Part shown: positions 17,160 through 26,819 of the stretch, in pieces
Layout of the letters: the number at the start of each line of letters is the position of its first letter
Numbering within the stretch: the stretch's first letter is position 1
Source: an uncultured Gemmatimonadales bacterium
GTDB taxonomy: Bacteria; Gemmatimonadota; Gemmatimonadetes; Gemmatimonadales; Gemmatimonadaceae
Direction of reading: 5' to 3'
NCBI GenBank assembly: GCA_963701965.1
Contig: OY969695.1
Span: 1,280,001-1,344,000 of the forward strand
Length of the DNA stretch: 64,000 bases
Program-made: the position numbers and the translations under genes
The notes under the pieces: model-generated
Seen by the model: only the letters and a program-made list of their open reading frames with translations
The model's database searches: none
Told to the model about the DNA's origin: nothing

Positions 17160-18503
17160 ATGTCGTCGCCAGCGCCGTCGCCCTTGTTGTTCCGTTGCAT
17201 CGCGGGACCCGATCAAGGCAAGCGCCTGGCAGTGGGCCAGACGTACGTCCGGATCGGCCGCGCCGCCGACTGCAATGTCCTCTCCGACGATCCGGACGTC
17301 GCCGCCAAACACGTCGTGTTGGCCGCGGACGGGTTGCGCGTCGCCGTGGAAGTCGTCGCCGGCGCGGCCGTCTACGTGGACGGCGTCGAAGTGCGGACGA
17401 CCATCACCGTGGGACACGGGCAACAAGTGCGGGTCGGCCGCTCGCTGTGGGAAGTGGACGCATCGAGCGTCCAGGAAGCCATGCGCACCGGGTTCTTCGG
17501 CAAGGTCGGCAAAGGCGTCGCGGCGGCGGCCGGCGTCGAGCGGCTCCGCGGCTGGAGCGCCGAGCAGATGTTCTCCGATGTCTTCAAGGGTCGCACCGAC
17601 GAAGAGCAAGAGGAGTACTTCAACGTCGGCACGCGCACGACCACGCCGCCATTGGAGGCGATTGACGCCAGCGGATGGCCCAAGCCCTGGGCGTTCGTGC
17701 GGTTTCTCCTGCTGTCGGCGGCCGTGTTCGGATTGTTTGCCTGGGCCTGGTTTCGATTCGGGAACCGCTATCTGATCCCCGGGATGATCCTCGTCGGGTC
17801 GTTCGCGATTCCCTGCTCGATCCTGGTGTTCTTCTTCGAGATGAACGTCGCCCGGAACGTGTCGCTGTATCAGATCATCAAGCTGCTGCTCGTCGGTGGG
17901 ATCGTCTCGGTCGTCGTGTCGCTCCTCTTCTTCCAGTGGACGTCGCTCGACAACTGGCTCGGCGCCATGAGCGCCGGCGTCATCGAGGAGTCCGGCAAGG
18001 CGCTCACGCTGCTCCTCGTCGTGCGCAAGCGGCGCTACCCCTGGACGCTGAATGGCATGCTGTTCGGCGCGACCGTGGGAACCGGCTTCGCCGTGTTCGA
18101 GACGTCCGGCTACGCGCTCGTCAGCGGCATCGACAACGGCCCCGACGCCATGTTCCAGACGATCTATCAACGCGGGGCGTTGAGCGTCCTCGGCGGACAC
18201 GCGCTGTGGACCGCGCTCGTGGGCGCGGCGCTGTGGCGCGTGCGCGGCCAGCGTCCGTTCACGCCGAACATGCTGCGCGATCCGGCGTTCGTCCGGGTGC
18301 TGCTGCTGTGCATGGGACTGCACATGCTCTGGAATTCGCCGATCACGCTGCCCCTCGACATCAAATTCATCGCCATCGGGTTTCTGACGTGGATCGCGGT
18401 GCTGAGCTACATCCAGCACGGCCTCAAGGAGATCCGGCTCGCCCAGACCGCGGGCGGCGGAGCGGACGCCATCGTGCTGCCATTGGAAGTCCGGGCCGGA
18501 TGA
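17160..18503 (+). CDS. FHA-domain + PrsW-family intramembrane metalloprotease
   Basis: IGRAADC...VAAKH (FHA-like); IEESGK, GFAVFET, GHALWT, LHMLWN (PrsW motifs). Confidence 0.87.
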   Translation: MSSPAPSPLLFRCIAGPDQGKRLAVGQTYVRIGRAADCNVLSDDPDVAAKHVVLAADGLRVAVEVVAGAAVYVDGVEVRTTITVGHGQQVRVGRSLWEVDASSVQEAMRTGFFGKVGKGVAAAAGVERLRGWSAEQMFSDVFKGRTDEEQEEYFNVGTRTTTPPLEAIDASGWPKPWAFVRFLLLSAAVFGLFAWAWFRFGNRYLIPGMILVGSFAIPCSILVFFFEMNVARNVSLYQIIKLLLVGGIVSVVVSLLFFQWTSLDNWLGAMSAGVIEESGKALTLLLVVRKRRYPWTLNGMLFGATVGTGFAVFETSGYALVSGIDNGPDAMFQTIYQRGALSVLGGHALWTALVGAALWRVRGQRPFTPNMLRDPAFVRVLLLCMGLHMLWNSPITLPLDIKFIAIGFLTWIAVLSYIQHGLKEIRLAQTAGGGADAIVLPLEVRAG

Positions 18504-19975
18504 GCCGCGGCCGGGCGGCGTTCCTGATCGCGCTCGCCGCCAACGTCGCGATTGCGGTCGGTGTCCGGTATTTCCCGTTCGAGGATGCAACCAATCACCT
18601 GGCGCGCTACGTCCTGCTGGAGCGCGCCTGGTGGGGCCCCGGCACATCGTTCATCGCCACGCATCCGGTCCCCGGACCGTACGTCGCTCCCAATGTGATT
18701 GGCGCGCTCCTGGTGCACGCGCTGGGGCCGGCGTGGGCGATGCGGGTCGTCGCCGCGCTCACCGTGAGCGCGATCCCGTTGGGCTTCTACTATCTGCTGA
18801 CGGCGGTCGGCAGCGACGCCGCCGCCTGGGCGGTCGCCGGAGTCCCGATCGGCTTCGGGTTCTTCGTCCACGCGGGATTCATCAACTATGTGATGGGCGT
18901 CGGGACGGCGCTGGCGTTTCTTGGCTTCTGGTGGCCGGCGCGGGCCCGCCCCGGCGCCGGCCGGGTCGTGGCGCTGATCGCCGGTGTGGCCTTGTGCTAC
19001 CTCACGCATCTCTCCGCGGTGCTCATGGTGCTGACCGTCGTCTGGATCGATGCGCTCCTGGCGCGCGATCGCCGCGTCGTGGTCGCGCTCCTCCTGTCCG
19101 CCGCCGCGGTGGGGATGCTGGTATGGACCAAGCGGGCCGCCCCGCCAGCGCCGGCGTCCGACACGGTGATCACGATGGGATCGGTCTGGTGGAAGACGCG
19201 GAATATCTTCGCGCCGTTCTACGTGTACTCCGTGCCCCAAGCCGCGCTCATGTTCGCCGTTTACGCGCTCGCCGTCGGCCTGTTCGTGCGCGCCAACGCG
19301 CCGCTCGTATGGCGGAGCACGTGGGGCGCGGCGATCGGGGCGTTCGCGCTGTTGTACGTGACATTCCCCGTGATGGGCACGGGCGGCGGATACCTGGACA
19401 TGCGCTGGCTCGTTCCCGCGTATCTCCTCGTGTTCTGCCTGGCGGCCGCGGCCAAGGCGCCGACGACCCGCGGGTTGGCGGCGCTGGTCGGAGGCAGTCT
19501 CCTGTCCACCGCGGTGTTGTTCGTCACGATCGTCCGCATCAACCGCGTGCTTGGCGATTACGCGGCCGTGTTGGCGGCGCTCCCGCCGGGACGGACCGTG
19601 TTTCCCATCGTCGCCGATGACCGGAGCTTCGGCGGGCGCGTCATCCCGTACCGGCATTTCGCTTTTTGGTACGAGATCGAGCGGGGCGGGCGAGTGCCCG
19701 CGCTCTTCAACTACGGCGGGGACGGCGGGGGCGCCGAGGTGAACTGGTTCATGCCCTATTTCAATGAGCCGTCGCATCTCTACGCACCGCCCATTGGATG
19801 GTTCGGCGGCGGGATCGTGCAACTGGGACCGCTCGACTGGCCACGCATCGCGCGCGAGTACGACTACGTGGTCGTGGCGGGGACCGACCCGGCCATGCGC
19901 GCGGACGTGGCGGCGCATGCCCGACCCCTGTCGCACTTAGGCAACGTGGCGGTCTATGACCCCAGGTTATATTGA
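18500..19975 (+). CDS. Polytopic membrane protein, GT-C-like glycosyltransferase candidate
   Basis: About 11 TM segments, FEDATNHLAR in the first external loop, GFINYVMG, YLTHL; ATGA overlap. Confidence 0.6.
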   Translation: MSRGRAAFLIALAANVAIAVGVRYFPFEDATNHLARYVLLERAWWGPGTSFIATHPVPGPYVAPNVIGALLVHALGPAWAMRVVAALTVSAIPLGFYYLLTAVGSDAAAWAVAGVPIGFGFFVHAGFINYVMGVGTALAFLGFWWPARARPGAGRVVALIAGVALCYLTHLSAVLMVLTVVWIDALLARDRRVVVALLLSAAAVGMLVWTKRAAPPAPASDTVITMGSVWWKTRNIFAPFYVYSVPQAALMFAVYALAVGLFVRANAPLVWRSTWGAAIGAFALLYVTFPVMGTGGGYLDMRWLVPAYLLVFCLAAAAKAPTTRGLAALVGGSLLSTAVLFVTIVRINRVLGDYAAVLAALPPGRTVFPIVADDRSFGGRVIPYRHFAFWYEIERGGRVPALFNYGGDGGGAEVNWFMPYFNEPSHLYAPPIGWFGGGIVQLGPLDWPRIAREYDYVVVAGTDPAMRADVAAHARPLSHLGNVAVYDPRLY

Positions 19976-19979
19976 ACGT

Positions 19980-20669
19980 ATGGTACGCTACTTCGCGGCA
20001 ACCCTGGTCACTCTGGCGGCGTTCGCCGGCATGCGTGTAGCCGGCCACGGCGCCACGGTCAAACTTCCGGAGCCGGCGGTCGACGCGCCGCTGGCTCAAC
20101 GGTCTGGGCAGGAGCACGCGGTGCTGTCAGGCGGCTGCTTCTGGGGCGTGCAAGCAGTCTTCGAGCACGTCAAAGGCGTCACGCGCGTGACGTCCGGGTA
20201 TGCGGGCGGCAAGGCGGACCTCGCGATCTATCAGGTGGTCAGTACCGGGTTGACGGGCCACGCCGAGTCGGTCCAGGTCGACTACGACCCGTCGGTCATC
20301 TCGTACGGTCAGCTGCTCAAGGTGTACTTCTCAGTGGCGCACGACCCGACCGAGCTCAACCGCCAGGGGCCGGACGAGGGGACGCAATATCGGTCCGCGA
20401 TCTGGTACGCGACGCCCGATCAGCAACGGATCGCCAAGGCCTATGTCAAGCAGTTGGAGCAGGCGAAGGTCTTTGACAAGCGGATCGTCACCCAGATCAA
20501 TCCGCTCCAGGGGTTCTATCCGGCCGAGGACTATCACCAGGATTACTTCGTCCACCACCCGGACTACCCGTACATCATCGTCAACGACCGGCCCAAGGTC
20601 GAGCACTTAAAGGACGAATGGCCGGCGATGTACAAGAACTACCCGGACGCAGGGTCCGCGGCGCAGTAG
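19980..20669 (+). CDS. msrA: Peptide-methionine (S)-S-oxide reductase, exported, single Cys
   Basis: GGCFWG, TGHAESV, HDPT, QYRSAI, FYPAEDYHQDY; N-terminal signal. Confidence 0.94.
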   Translation: MVRYFAATLVTLAAFAGMRVAGHGATVKLPEPAVDAPLAQRSGQEHAVLSGGCFWGVQAVFEHVKGVTRVTSGYAGGKADLAIYQVVSTGLTGHAESVQVDYDPSVISYGQLLKVYFSVAHDPTELNRQGPDEGTQYRSAIWYATPDQQRIAKAYVKQLEQAKVFDKRIVTQINPLQGFYPAEDYHQDYFVHHPDYPYIIVNDRPKVEHLKDEWPAMYKNYPDAGSAAQ

Positions 20670-20675
20670 CCGCCG

Positions 20676-22403
20676 CTAAGAGGCCGCCTCGAGCGTGAAC
20701 CGCCGCATCGAGGCGATGAGCTGACCGGCAATGGCGGCCAACCGGTCGCTCGACTGCGCGACCTGGCCCATGGACGCGGTCTGCTCCTCGGCCAGCGCCG
20801 ACACCTGCTGGGCCGTCGCCGCATTCTGCTCCGCCGACGCCGCCACTGAGGTCACCTCGCGCGCGAGGGCATCGGCATCGCTGCGTTGCACGGCGGCCGC
20901 CGTCGTGATGTTGGCCACCGCATCGCGATTCGCCTCCATGTCGCGGACGATGGCGGCCAATGCCTCCTGGGAGGCATCGATGACCGCCTGGCCTTCGCGC
21001 ACGCGCTCATCCACGCTTCCGATGGACCCCGCGGTCCGCGACGCCGCCGCGGCCAGCTCGCCGGCCAGCCGGCGGACCGTCTCTAGCGCCGCGGCACTCC
21101 GCGCGGCCAACTGCTTGACATGTTCGGCGACCACGGCGAACCCGCGTCCACTCTCGCCGGCCCGCGCCGCTTCGATCGCGGCATTCAGCGCCAACAGGTT
21201 CGTCTGCCGCGCGATCCCCTCGATGGTCTGCGTGACTTCGTCGATCTCGGCCGCCTTCCGCGCCAGCTCGGTGACGATGGGCACCGCCTCACGAGTCACG
21301 GCGCTGATCGCCGACATGGCCGTGCGCGCCGCCTGCCCGGCGGAGGCGCTCTCGGTCGCCGACCGGCTCACGGTCATTGCCAGACTGGCCGCGGTCTCGG
21401 CGTGGGACGTGAGCCCTGCCGCGCTGCCGGCGACGCGCTCCGCGGACGCCCCGGCCGTGGTCATGCTCGACGTCTGCTCGGCTGTGGAGGCCGCGATCTG
21501 CTGCGCCGCGCTGGCCACCTGCCCCGCGGAGTCGACCATCTGGTCGGCCTCGGTCCGCAGCACCGTCGCGGTCGTGTGCACCTCGGCGGCCACCGCCGCC
21601 GTCTCGCCCACCAACGTGCGCAAATTCCCCGTCATGTTCCGGAACGCGTCAGCCAGCGCTCCGATCTCGTCGTCCGACTGATAGGCTAGCGCGTGCGTCA
21701 GGTCGCCGCCGGCGATGCGCTTGGCGGCATCCCGCAGCCCGCGCAAGCTGGCCAGCAGCCACCGCACCAACAGCACGAGGATCACAGTCAACACCGTGAA
21801 CGTCAGCGCGGCGAGCGCCGAGCTGTAGGCCACGGCCCGCGTCGCCTCGCGACTCACGGTGGCCAGACGGATGGCCGCCAGCGAGTCCAGTCGCTGCAAC
21901 AGATGCGACAGGAGCTCCGTCGGCACCTTGTCTTGGTCGCGCACGCGGCGGTCGATCTCGCTGGCGTTCCGCCCCCCGGCGGCGTTGAACGCCGCCATCG
22001 CGCTGGCGTATCGCACCGACATGCTGTCGTAGGCCTGGGTGAAGCGCTCGATCTCGTCCGAGGAGACCGGGTCGGGCAGCCGCGTCGTCAGCATGCTGCG
22101 GACGGTGTCCACGTGTTCGCGCACTTCGCGCCCACGGTCGTAAAACGTCCGTGTAAAGTGACTCCGATCGGCGGTATCGGCTCCGCGCAGCAGGAGATTG
22201 CTCCACTCCTGCACCTGCATCTTTTCGGCGACTTCGATCTTGCGCGCTTCCGACCGGGCTTTGACCTCGGTCGAGAAGACGGCGGCGTAGGCGTGCGCGA
22301 CGTGGCGGAGCTCAGTCCACAGCACCGCGCTCACAATGGCACCCGTACAAAGACTCGCCCCGAGCAGCAAGTACAGCTTCGAAGCCAGCGTCAGCTTTCG
22401 CAT
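20676..22403 (-). CDS. Methyl-accepting chemotaxis protein (TM-periplasmic-TM-HAMP-MA)
   Basis: [47 protein letters not shown]. Start placed at ATG 22403 (MRKLT). Confidence 0.93.
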   Translation of the reverse strand: MRKLTLASKLYLLLGASLCTGAIVSAVLWTELRHVAHAYAAVFSTEVKARSEARKIEVAEKMQVQEWSNLLLRGADTADRSHFTRTFYDRGREVREHVDTVRSMLTTRLPDPVSSDEIERFTQAYDSMSVRYASAMAAFNAAGGRNASEIDRRVRDQDKVPTELLSHLLQRLDSLAAIRLATVSREATRAVAYSSALAALTFTVLTVILVLLVRWLLASLRGLRDAAKRIAGGDLTHALAYQSDDEIGALADAFRNMTGNLRTLVGETAAVAAEVHTTATVLRTEADQMVDSAGQVASAAQQIAASTAEQTSSMTTAGASAERVAGSAAGLTSHAETAASLAMTVSRSATESASAGQAARTAMSAISAVTREAVPIVTELARKAAEIDEVTQTIEGIARQTNLLALNAAIEAARAGESGRGFAVVAEHVKQLAARSAAALETVRRLAGELAAAASRTAGSIGSVDERVREGQAVIDASQEALAAIVRDMEANRDAVANITTAAAVQRSDADALAREVTSVAASAEQNAATAQQVSALAEEQTASMGQVAQSSDRLAAIAGQLIASMRRFTLEAAS

Positions 22404-22435
22404 TTCGTCATATGACGGCCCCGCCTGCGCCGAAG

Positions 22436-23698
22436 TCACCGCCGCGTCAAGAGTCCGACTATCAGCCGCTCGATGTCCCCGGCGGTGCTGGCCACACCGA
22501 ACGACGCCCGGAGGGCCCCGGTCGCCCCATCGCCCTGGAACGCGCGCTCGCCCGCGCCGGGGTTGCAGAAGCATCCACCGCGTACGGCGACGTGCCAGGG
22601 GCGGAGGGCGCACTCCACGCGGTCGAACGCGACAACGTCCCCGTCGGGGTCGAGGATATTGAATGCCACGACCCCACCCCGATCGGGGGCCGGTCCGGGG
22701 CCGTAGACGCGGACCATGGGCGCCCCGCCCGGATGCCGGGCGTCGGCGAGCGCGTCGAGCAGAAGCCCCGTGAGGCAGGCGACGCGCCGTTGCAAGCGGT
22801 CGACGCCCACCTCCCGCACGAACTCCAGTCCGTGCTCCACCGCCGCCAGGGCCAGAAAATCCGGCGTGCCGTCCTCGAAGGCCTCGGCGCCGGCCTTGAG
22901 GCGGTAATCCGGCGTGGCGACCCGCACGTACTCGACGGTGCCGCCGGCGAACCACGGGCGCTCGAGCCGTTCCAGCGCGTCGGTCCGCGCGATCAACGCC
23001 CCCACGCCCGTGGGATAGCCCAGGACCTTGTACAGCGATACGACCACAAACTCCGGCATGAGCTCCCGGAGACGGAGCGGGTTCGTCGGGACATAAGCGG
23101 CCGCATCCAGCAACACGTCGTATCCCCGCTCCCGCGCCGCGCCAATCCACGCGGTGGGGTGCCGGACCCCTGAGAAGTTGGACTGGGCCGGGAACGCGAA
23201 CAGTCCCCGACCCTGCGCCACGGGGGCGAGGTCGGCGGGCGTGGCCGCCAGACGGAGCTCCGCATCGAGCGGGAGATAGTGGACGGGCGCGCCGCCGCGT
23301 TGGGCGAACCGGCGCATGCCATTCACGGAATTGTGGTTGTCGGCCGACAACACCAACGGCGCCTCCGGACCGAACGGGTAACTCTCGCCGATGATCCGGA
23401 TGGCCGCGCTGGCGTTGGCGGTAAAGATCACCGTGTAGTCGGCGGGGTCGGCATCGAGCCACCGCAGCACACTGGCGCGCGCACCCGCAATGACGTCGGC
23501 GCTGGCCCGCGACGCCGCGTGATCGGAGTGCGGATTCCCATGGATCGTGCCCAGCAGGCGGTCGGCGTGGGCGCTCACCCGCGATGCGGGAAAGAGCGCG
23601 GCGCCCGTGTAGTCCAGATACGCGCCCTCCTCGACATCGAGGCGGGCGAACTCGCGCCGACGGAGCGCCGCGAAGTACGGGTCGTCGGGCGTCAACAT
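22436..23698 (-). CDS. Class V PLP cysteine desulfurase resembling the NifS-like domain of molybdenum cofactor sulfurase (MOCOS/ABA3/HxB); no MOSC domain
   Basis: [66 protein letters not shown]. Confidence 0.85.
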   Translation of the reverse strand: MLTPDDPYFAALRRREFARLDVEEGAYLDYTGAALFPASRVSAHADRLLGTIHGNPHSDHAASRASADVIAGARASVLRWLDADPADYTVIFTANASAAIRIIGESYPFGPEAPLVLSADNHNSVNGMRRFAQRGGAPVHYLPLDAELRLAATPADLAPVAQGRGLFAFPAQSNFSGVRHPTAWIGAARERGYDVLLDAAAYVPTNPLRLRELMPEFVVVSLYKVLGYPTGVGALIARTDALERLERPWFAGGTVEYVRVATPDYRLKAGAEAFEDGTPDFLALAAVEHGLEFVREVGVDRLQRRVACLTGLLLDALADARHPGGAPMVRVYGPGPAPDRGGVVAFNILDPDGDVVAFDRVECALRPWHVAVRGGCFCNPGAGERAFQGDGATGALRASFGVASTAGDIERLIVGLLTRR

Positions 23699-24159
23699 CC
23701 CCGTCGCCAGGAGCGCGTACGGGTCATCGTGGTGTCGGCGCTCAGCCACTCGTCTATGCCGCCGCGCAGCGAATACACGCGCGGGAGACCGGACGCGCGG
23801 AGCAAGAACCAACCTTGGGCCGCGTGCGCGCCGCCCGCCGAATACAGCACGATCGTTTCGGTGGGCCGGAACCCGGCCGTGCGCAGTTGAGACAACGTCA
23901 TGTGCTCGGCGCGCGGAATGTGGCCCACGCGGTAGTCGCTGTCCGACCGGACGTCGATGACCCGGAGATCGGTTCGCCGATCCCGGATCCACGCCGCCAA
24001 CTCCGGCGCCGTCACGTGATCCTCCTCGTGGTCCACGATGCGCGCCAAGGCGTCGAGGTCGACCGCGGTCGTCGCGGGCGGCGCCGGGCTCCGCACGACG
24101 GCGGCGAGCCCCCCGAGCGCGAGCGCGAGTCCGAGGAGCGCGCGATTGACTCGGCTCAC
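23692..24159 (-). CDS. Membrane-anchored/exported single rhodanese domain with Ser at the usual catalytic position and C-terminal RRGC
   Basis: VIDVRS...[22 protein letters not shown], ends WRRGC*; GTGA overlap with the upstream gene. Confidence 0.82.
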   Translation of the reverse strand: MSRVNRALLGLALALGGLAAVVRSPAPPATTAVDLDALARIVDHEEDHVTAPELAAWIRDRRTDLRVIDVRSDSDYRVGHIPRAEHMTLSQLRTAGFRPTETIVLYSAGGAHAAQGWFLLRASGLPRVYSLRGGIDEWLSADTTMTRTRSWRRGC

Positions 24160-24680
24160 CGGCGCTCGATCCGACTGGCGACGAAGAAGGCCGCCAGGCC
24201 AAGCACGACGACCAGCGCGACGACGGTCCCGTACGGCAGATGCGTCAGGCCCGGAAGCGTTTCGGGACCTCGCGGCATCGCCTCGTAGAGCGGACGCAGC
24301 GCGGCGAATGACTCGTGAAAGGCGAATACGCCGGCACAAAGGCCCGCCATGACCGCGACCCCATCGATCCGGCCGGTGGCGGCGGCCACGCAGGACGTCC
24401 CCGGACAGAGGCCGGCCGTCGCGAATCCGATCCCGAAGATCGCGCCGCCGATCGCTTGCGCGAGGACGAACGTCTCGGGCACGAAGACCCGGGAGATGTC
24501 CAGGAGTCCCAAGCGTCCGAGCCAGAAGAGGCCCAGCATCGCCGTGACGATCGCGCTGAACATGAGGCGGAGCACCGTGAAATCCGTGGCCGTGAACTGC
24601 CCCGCGAGCTTGGGCGCGTTGGACATGCCGCCGCGCTCCAGCAGGAATCCAAATCCCATCCCGAGCAGCAGCGGCGTCAC
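24156..24680 (-). CDS. YeeE/YedE sulfur transporter family protein (half 2)
   Basis: GFGFLLERGG, GGAIFGIGFATAGLCPGTSC; GTG 24680 overlaps the upstream stop. Confidence 0.87.
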   Translation of the reverse strand: MTPLLLGMGFGFLLERGGMSNAPKLAGQFTATDFTVLRLMFSAIVTAMLGLFWLGRLGLLDISRVFVPETFVLAQAIGGAIFGIGFATAGLCPGTSCVAAATGRIDGVAVMAGLCAGVFAFHESFAALRPLYEAMPRGPETLPGLTHLPYGTVVALVVVLGLAAFFVASRIERR

Positions 24681-25183
24681 GACCAGAGCCGCCGGCAGAG
24701 GGGCAACATCGCGTATCCCGCGGCGAACGCACAGGCGATGAAGAGCCAACTCCCGACGCTCAACACGGCGCCTCCGCTCAGACCGAGGCCGCTGGTACAC
24801 CCGCGGGCCAGCTTGGCGCCCACCCCCATCGCCGCGCCGGCCGCCATCGCGGTGAGCAACCGCGTCGCCCGACCCGTGCGCGGCCCGCGCTCGAGACCCA
24901 CGCGCAGGCGGCCGGCCAACACCGCGGAGAGGAGGCCGCCGGCGGCGATTCCGATCACCTCGACCACGAGCCAGTCGTCGAGCGGGCGACCGGTATAGCC
25001 GTCATAGGAAGGGTTGGCCGACACGTGGCCCGGCGCCGCCGCGGCGACCGCCGCGGTGACGGCGCTGGAATACGCGCCCGAGGCCCCCAGGCCGCGGCCC
25101 GTGAGCGCGAAGCTCGCGATCAGCACGAGGCCGATCCCCGTACCGGCCAGGTACGCGCTGAGATAGGGCCGCGCCACGACCAC
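24677..25183 (-). CDS. YeeE/YedE sulfur transporter family protein (half 1)
   Basis: PYLSAYLAGTGIG, GRGLGASGAY, GAKLARGCTSGLGLSGGA. Start GTG 25183 or 25177. Confidence 0.87.
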   Translation of the reverse strand: MVVARPYLSAYLAGTGIGLVLIASFALTGRGLGASGAYSSAVTAAVAAAAPGHVSANPSYDGYTGRPLDDWLVVEVIGIAAGGLLSAVLAGRLRVGLERGPRTGRATRLLTAMAAGAAMGVGAKLARGCTSGLGLSGGAVLSVGSWLFIACAFAAGYAMLPLCRRLWS

Positions 25184-26080
25184 TATCGCCCCGCGGGGTT
25201 GTCGACTGGCAGATCGCGACGCCGTGACCAGTCCTCGAACGACCCGTCGTACAGGCGCACAGGATAGCCAACCAGGTTGGCGGCGAACAGCATCGCCGTG
25301 GCCTGCATCCCAATGTGACAATACCCGACGATCGTGTCGCCGGGCTGCGCGCCGGCGGCGGCGAACAATGCCCGCAGCTCGGCCGGACTCTTGACCTTCG
25401 TATGCGCGTCGAAGATCGACGAGAACGGAATGTTCCGCGCGGTGGGAATGTGGCCGTAGCGGGACTCGCCTTGCTCGACGCCATCATAGAACGAACGGTC
25501 GCGGGCGTCGACGATGACGACACCCGGCTGGTTGAGATGCGCGCGCACCCAAGTGTGATCGACCACCAGCGCCGGCACGGGGGTCGCGGTGATCGTGCCG
25601 CGGGCCACGGTCGGAACCACCGCCGTCACCGGGCGCCGCTCGCCCTGCCATGCGGCCAGGCCACCGTCGAGCAGCAATGCCCGGGCCCCGAGACCGGCGA
25701 CCCGCAGCGTGAAGATCACGCGCGTCGTCGCGGAGATGTTCTCACCCGCCGCGTACACGACAATCCGCGACCCGTCGGAGATACCCAAACCTTCCAGGCG
25801 CTCGCGCAGCACGTTGGGAGGCAGCATCTCCAACATGAGCGGCGACGAGTCGCTCATCGCGCCGTCGGGCATGTTTGTGTTGGCCGAAATCCGGCCGAGG
25901 TCAACCCACCGCGCGCCGGGGATGTGCCCCTTGGCGTAAACGTCGGCGGGACCATTGTGGAGAATGACGAGCGTGGGATCGTTCAGAATGGTCGGCGAGC
26001 CAGGCCGTGGTGACCGTGCCTTGGGCCGGCAGCGGCGCGGCGGCGATGATGCCCAGAAGGGCAAGCAGGGATGAGCGCAT
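25183..26080 (-). CDS. Exported tandem-rhodanese sulfurtransferase (SseA/YnjE-like), frameshifted near 25988
   Basis: Signal MRSSLLALLGIIAAAPLPA, then TVTTAWLADH; continues in another frame with LNDPTLVILH, GHIPGA, LLDGG, DAR, GHIPTA, YCHIGMQA, LYDGSFEDW. Confidence 0.85.
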
Positions 26081-26134
26081 GGCCACACGATACGCGCCAT
26101 CGACGCTCCGGTGGTGATGGAAGATTTCGGAGTG

Positions 26135-26151
26135 TGTGGCGGAAGTGTGAT
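26135..26151 (-). promoter_or_regulatory. Putative OmpR-family tandem direct-repeat box upstream of the sulfurtransferase operon
   Basis: + strand TGTGGCGGAAGTGTGAT (TGTG at 11-bp period); 12/17 identical to 28484-28500. Confidence 0.45.
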
Positions 26152-26819
26152 CAGCTGGCGAACCGATACCCGATCGTCCAGACCGTCACGATGTGCCGCG
26201 GCTTCGCGGGATCCTCCTCCAGCTTGCGCCGGAGCTCGGCGACATGGGAGTCGACGGTGCGGGACAGCACCTGCTCGTCGTATCCCCAGACTTCCCGCAA
26301 CAACTCGGCGCGCGACGCCACGGCGCCCCCGCGCCGCACCAACGCCAGGAGGAGCGTGTACGCTTTCGGCGAGAGCGCGCAGGGTCGGGCGTCGCGGGTC
26401 ACGGTGCGCCGCACCGTGTCGATCTCCACGGCGCCGAAGCGGACCGTGTGGTCCTCCCCGCTCCGGCGCAGCAGCGACCGCACGCGCTCGATGAGCTCGA
26501 GCACGCCGAACGGCTTGGTCACATACTGGTCCGCATCGAGACGAAACCCGCGGACTTTGTCTGCTTCCTCGGCGCGCGCCGACAGGATGATGACGGGGAT
26601 GGCCACGCGCTTGGCGCGCAACTGCTGCAACACCTCGTACCCATCCATGAGTGGCAACATGAGATCGAGAATGACGAGATCGGCCGGCCACTCGGTCGCG
26701 GCCTTGAGACCGGCCGGCCCGTCGCCCGCGATGCGCACGTCATAGCCCTCGAACCGCAGGTTCTCGGCGATCCCGTCGGCGAGATCGGCGTTGTCTTCGA
26801 CGACCAGGACGCGCGCCAT
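26151..26819 (-). CDS. OmpR/PhoB-family response regulator
   Basis: VLVVEDN, LDLMLP, DQYVTKPF, SRTVDSHVAELRRKLE, TVWTIGYRF. Confidence 0.95.
   Translation of the reverse strand: MARVLVVEDNADLADGIAENLRFEGYDVRIAGDGPAGLKAATEWPADLVILDLMLPLMDGYEVLQQLRAKRVAIPVIILSARAEEADKVRGFRLDADQYVTKPFGVLELIERVRSLLRRSGEDHTVRFGAVEIDTVRRTVTRDARPCALSPKAYTLLLALVRRGGAVASRAELLREVWGYDEQVLSRTVDSHVAELRRKLEEDPAKPRHIVTVWTIGYRFAS

Noticed and set aside
20676..23462. Apparent long N-terminal extensions or fusions in the ORF track (MCP 928 aa, oxidoreductase 647 aa, czcD 635 aa, mfd 1208 aa)
   Set aside because: The extensions are out-of-frame or antisense overlaps of neighbouring genes; better downstream starts exist.
23689..23700. 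Gly-Cys-UGA read as a selenocysteine motif at the end of the rhodanese
   Set aside because: The UGA overlaps the start of the next gene, readthrough gives non-protein-like sequence, and I saw no SECIS-like hairpin.
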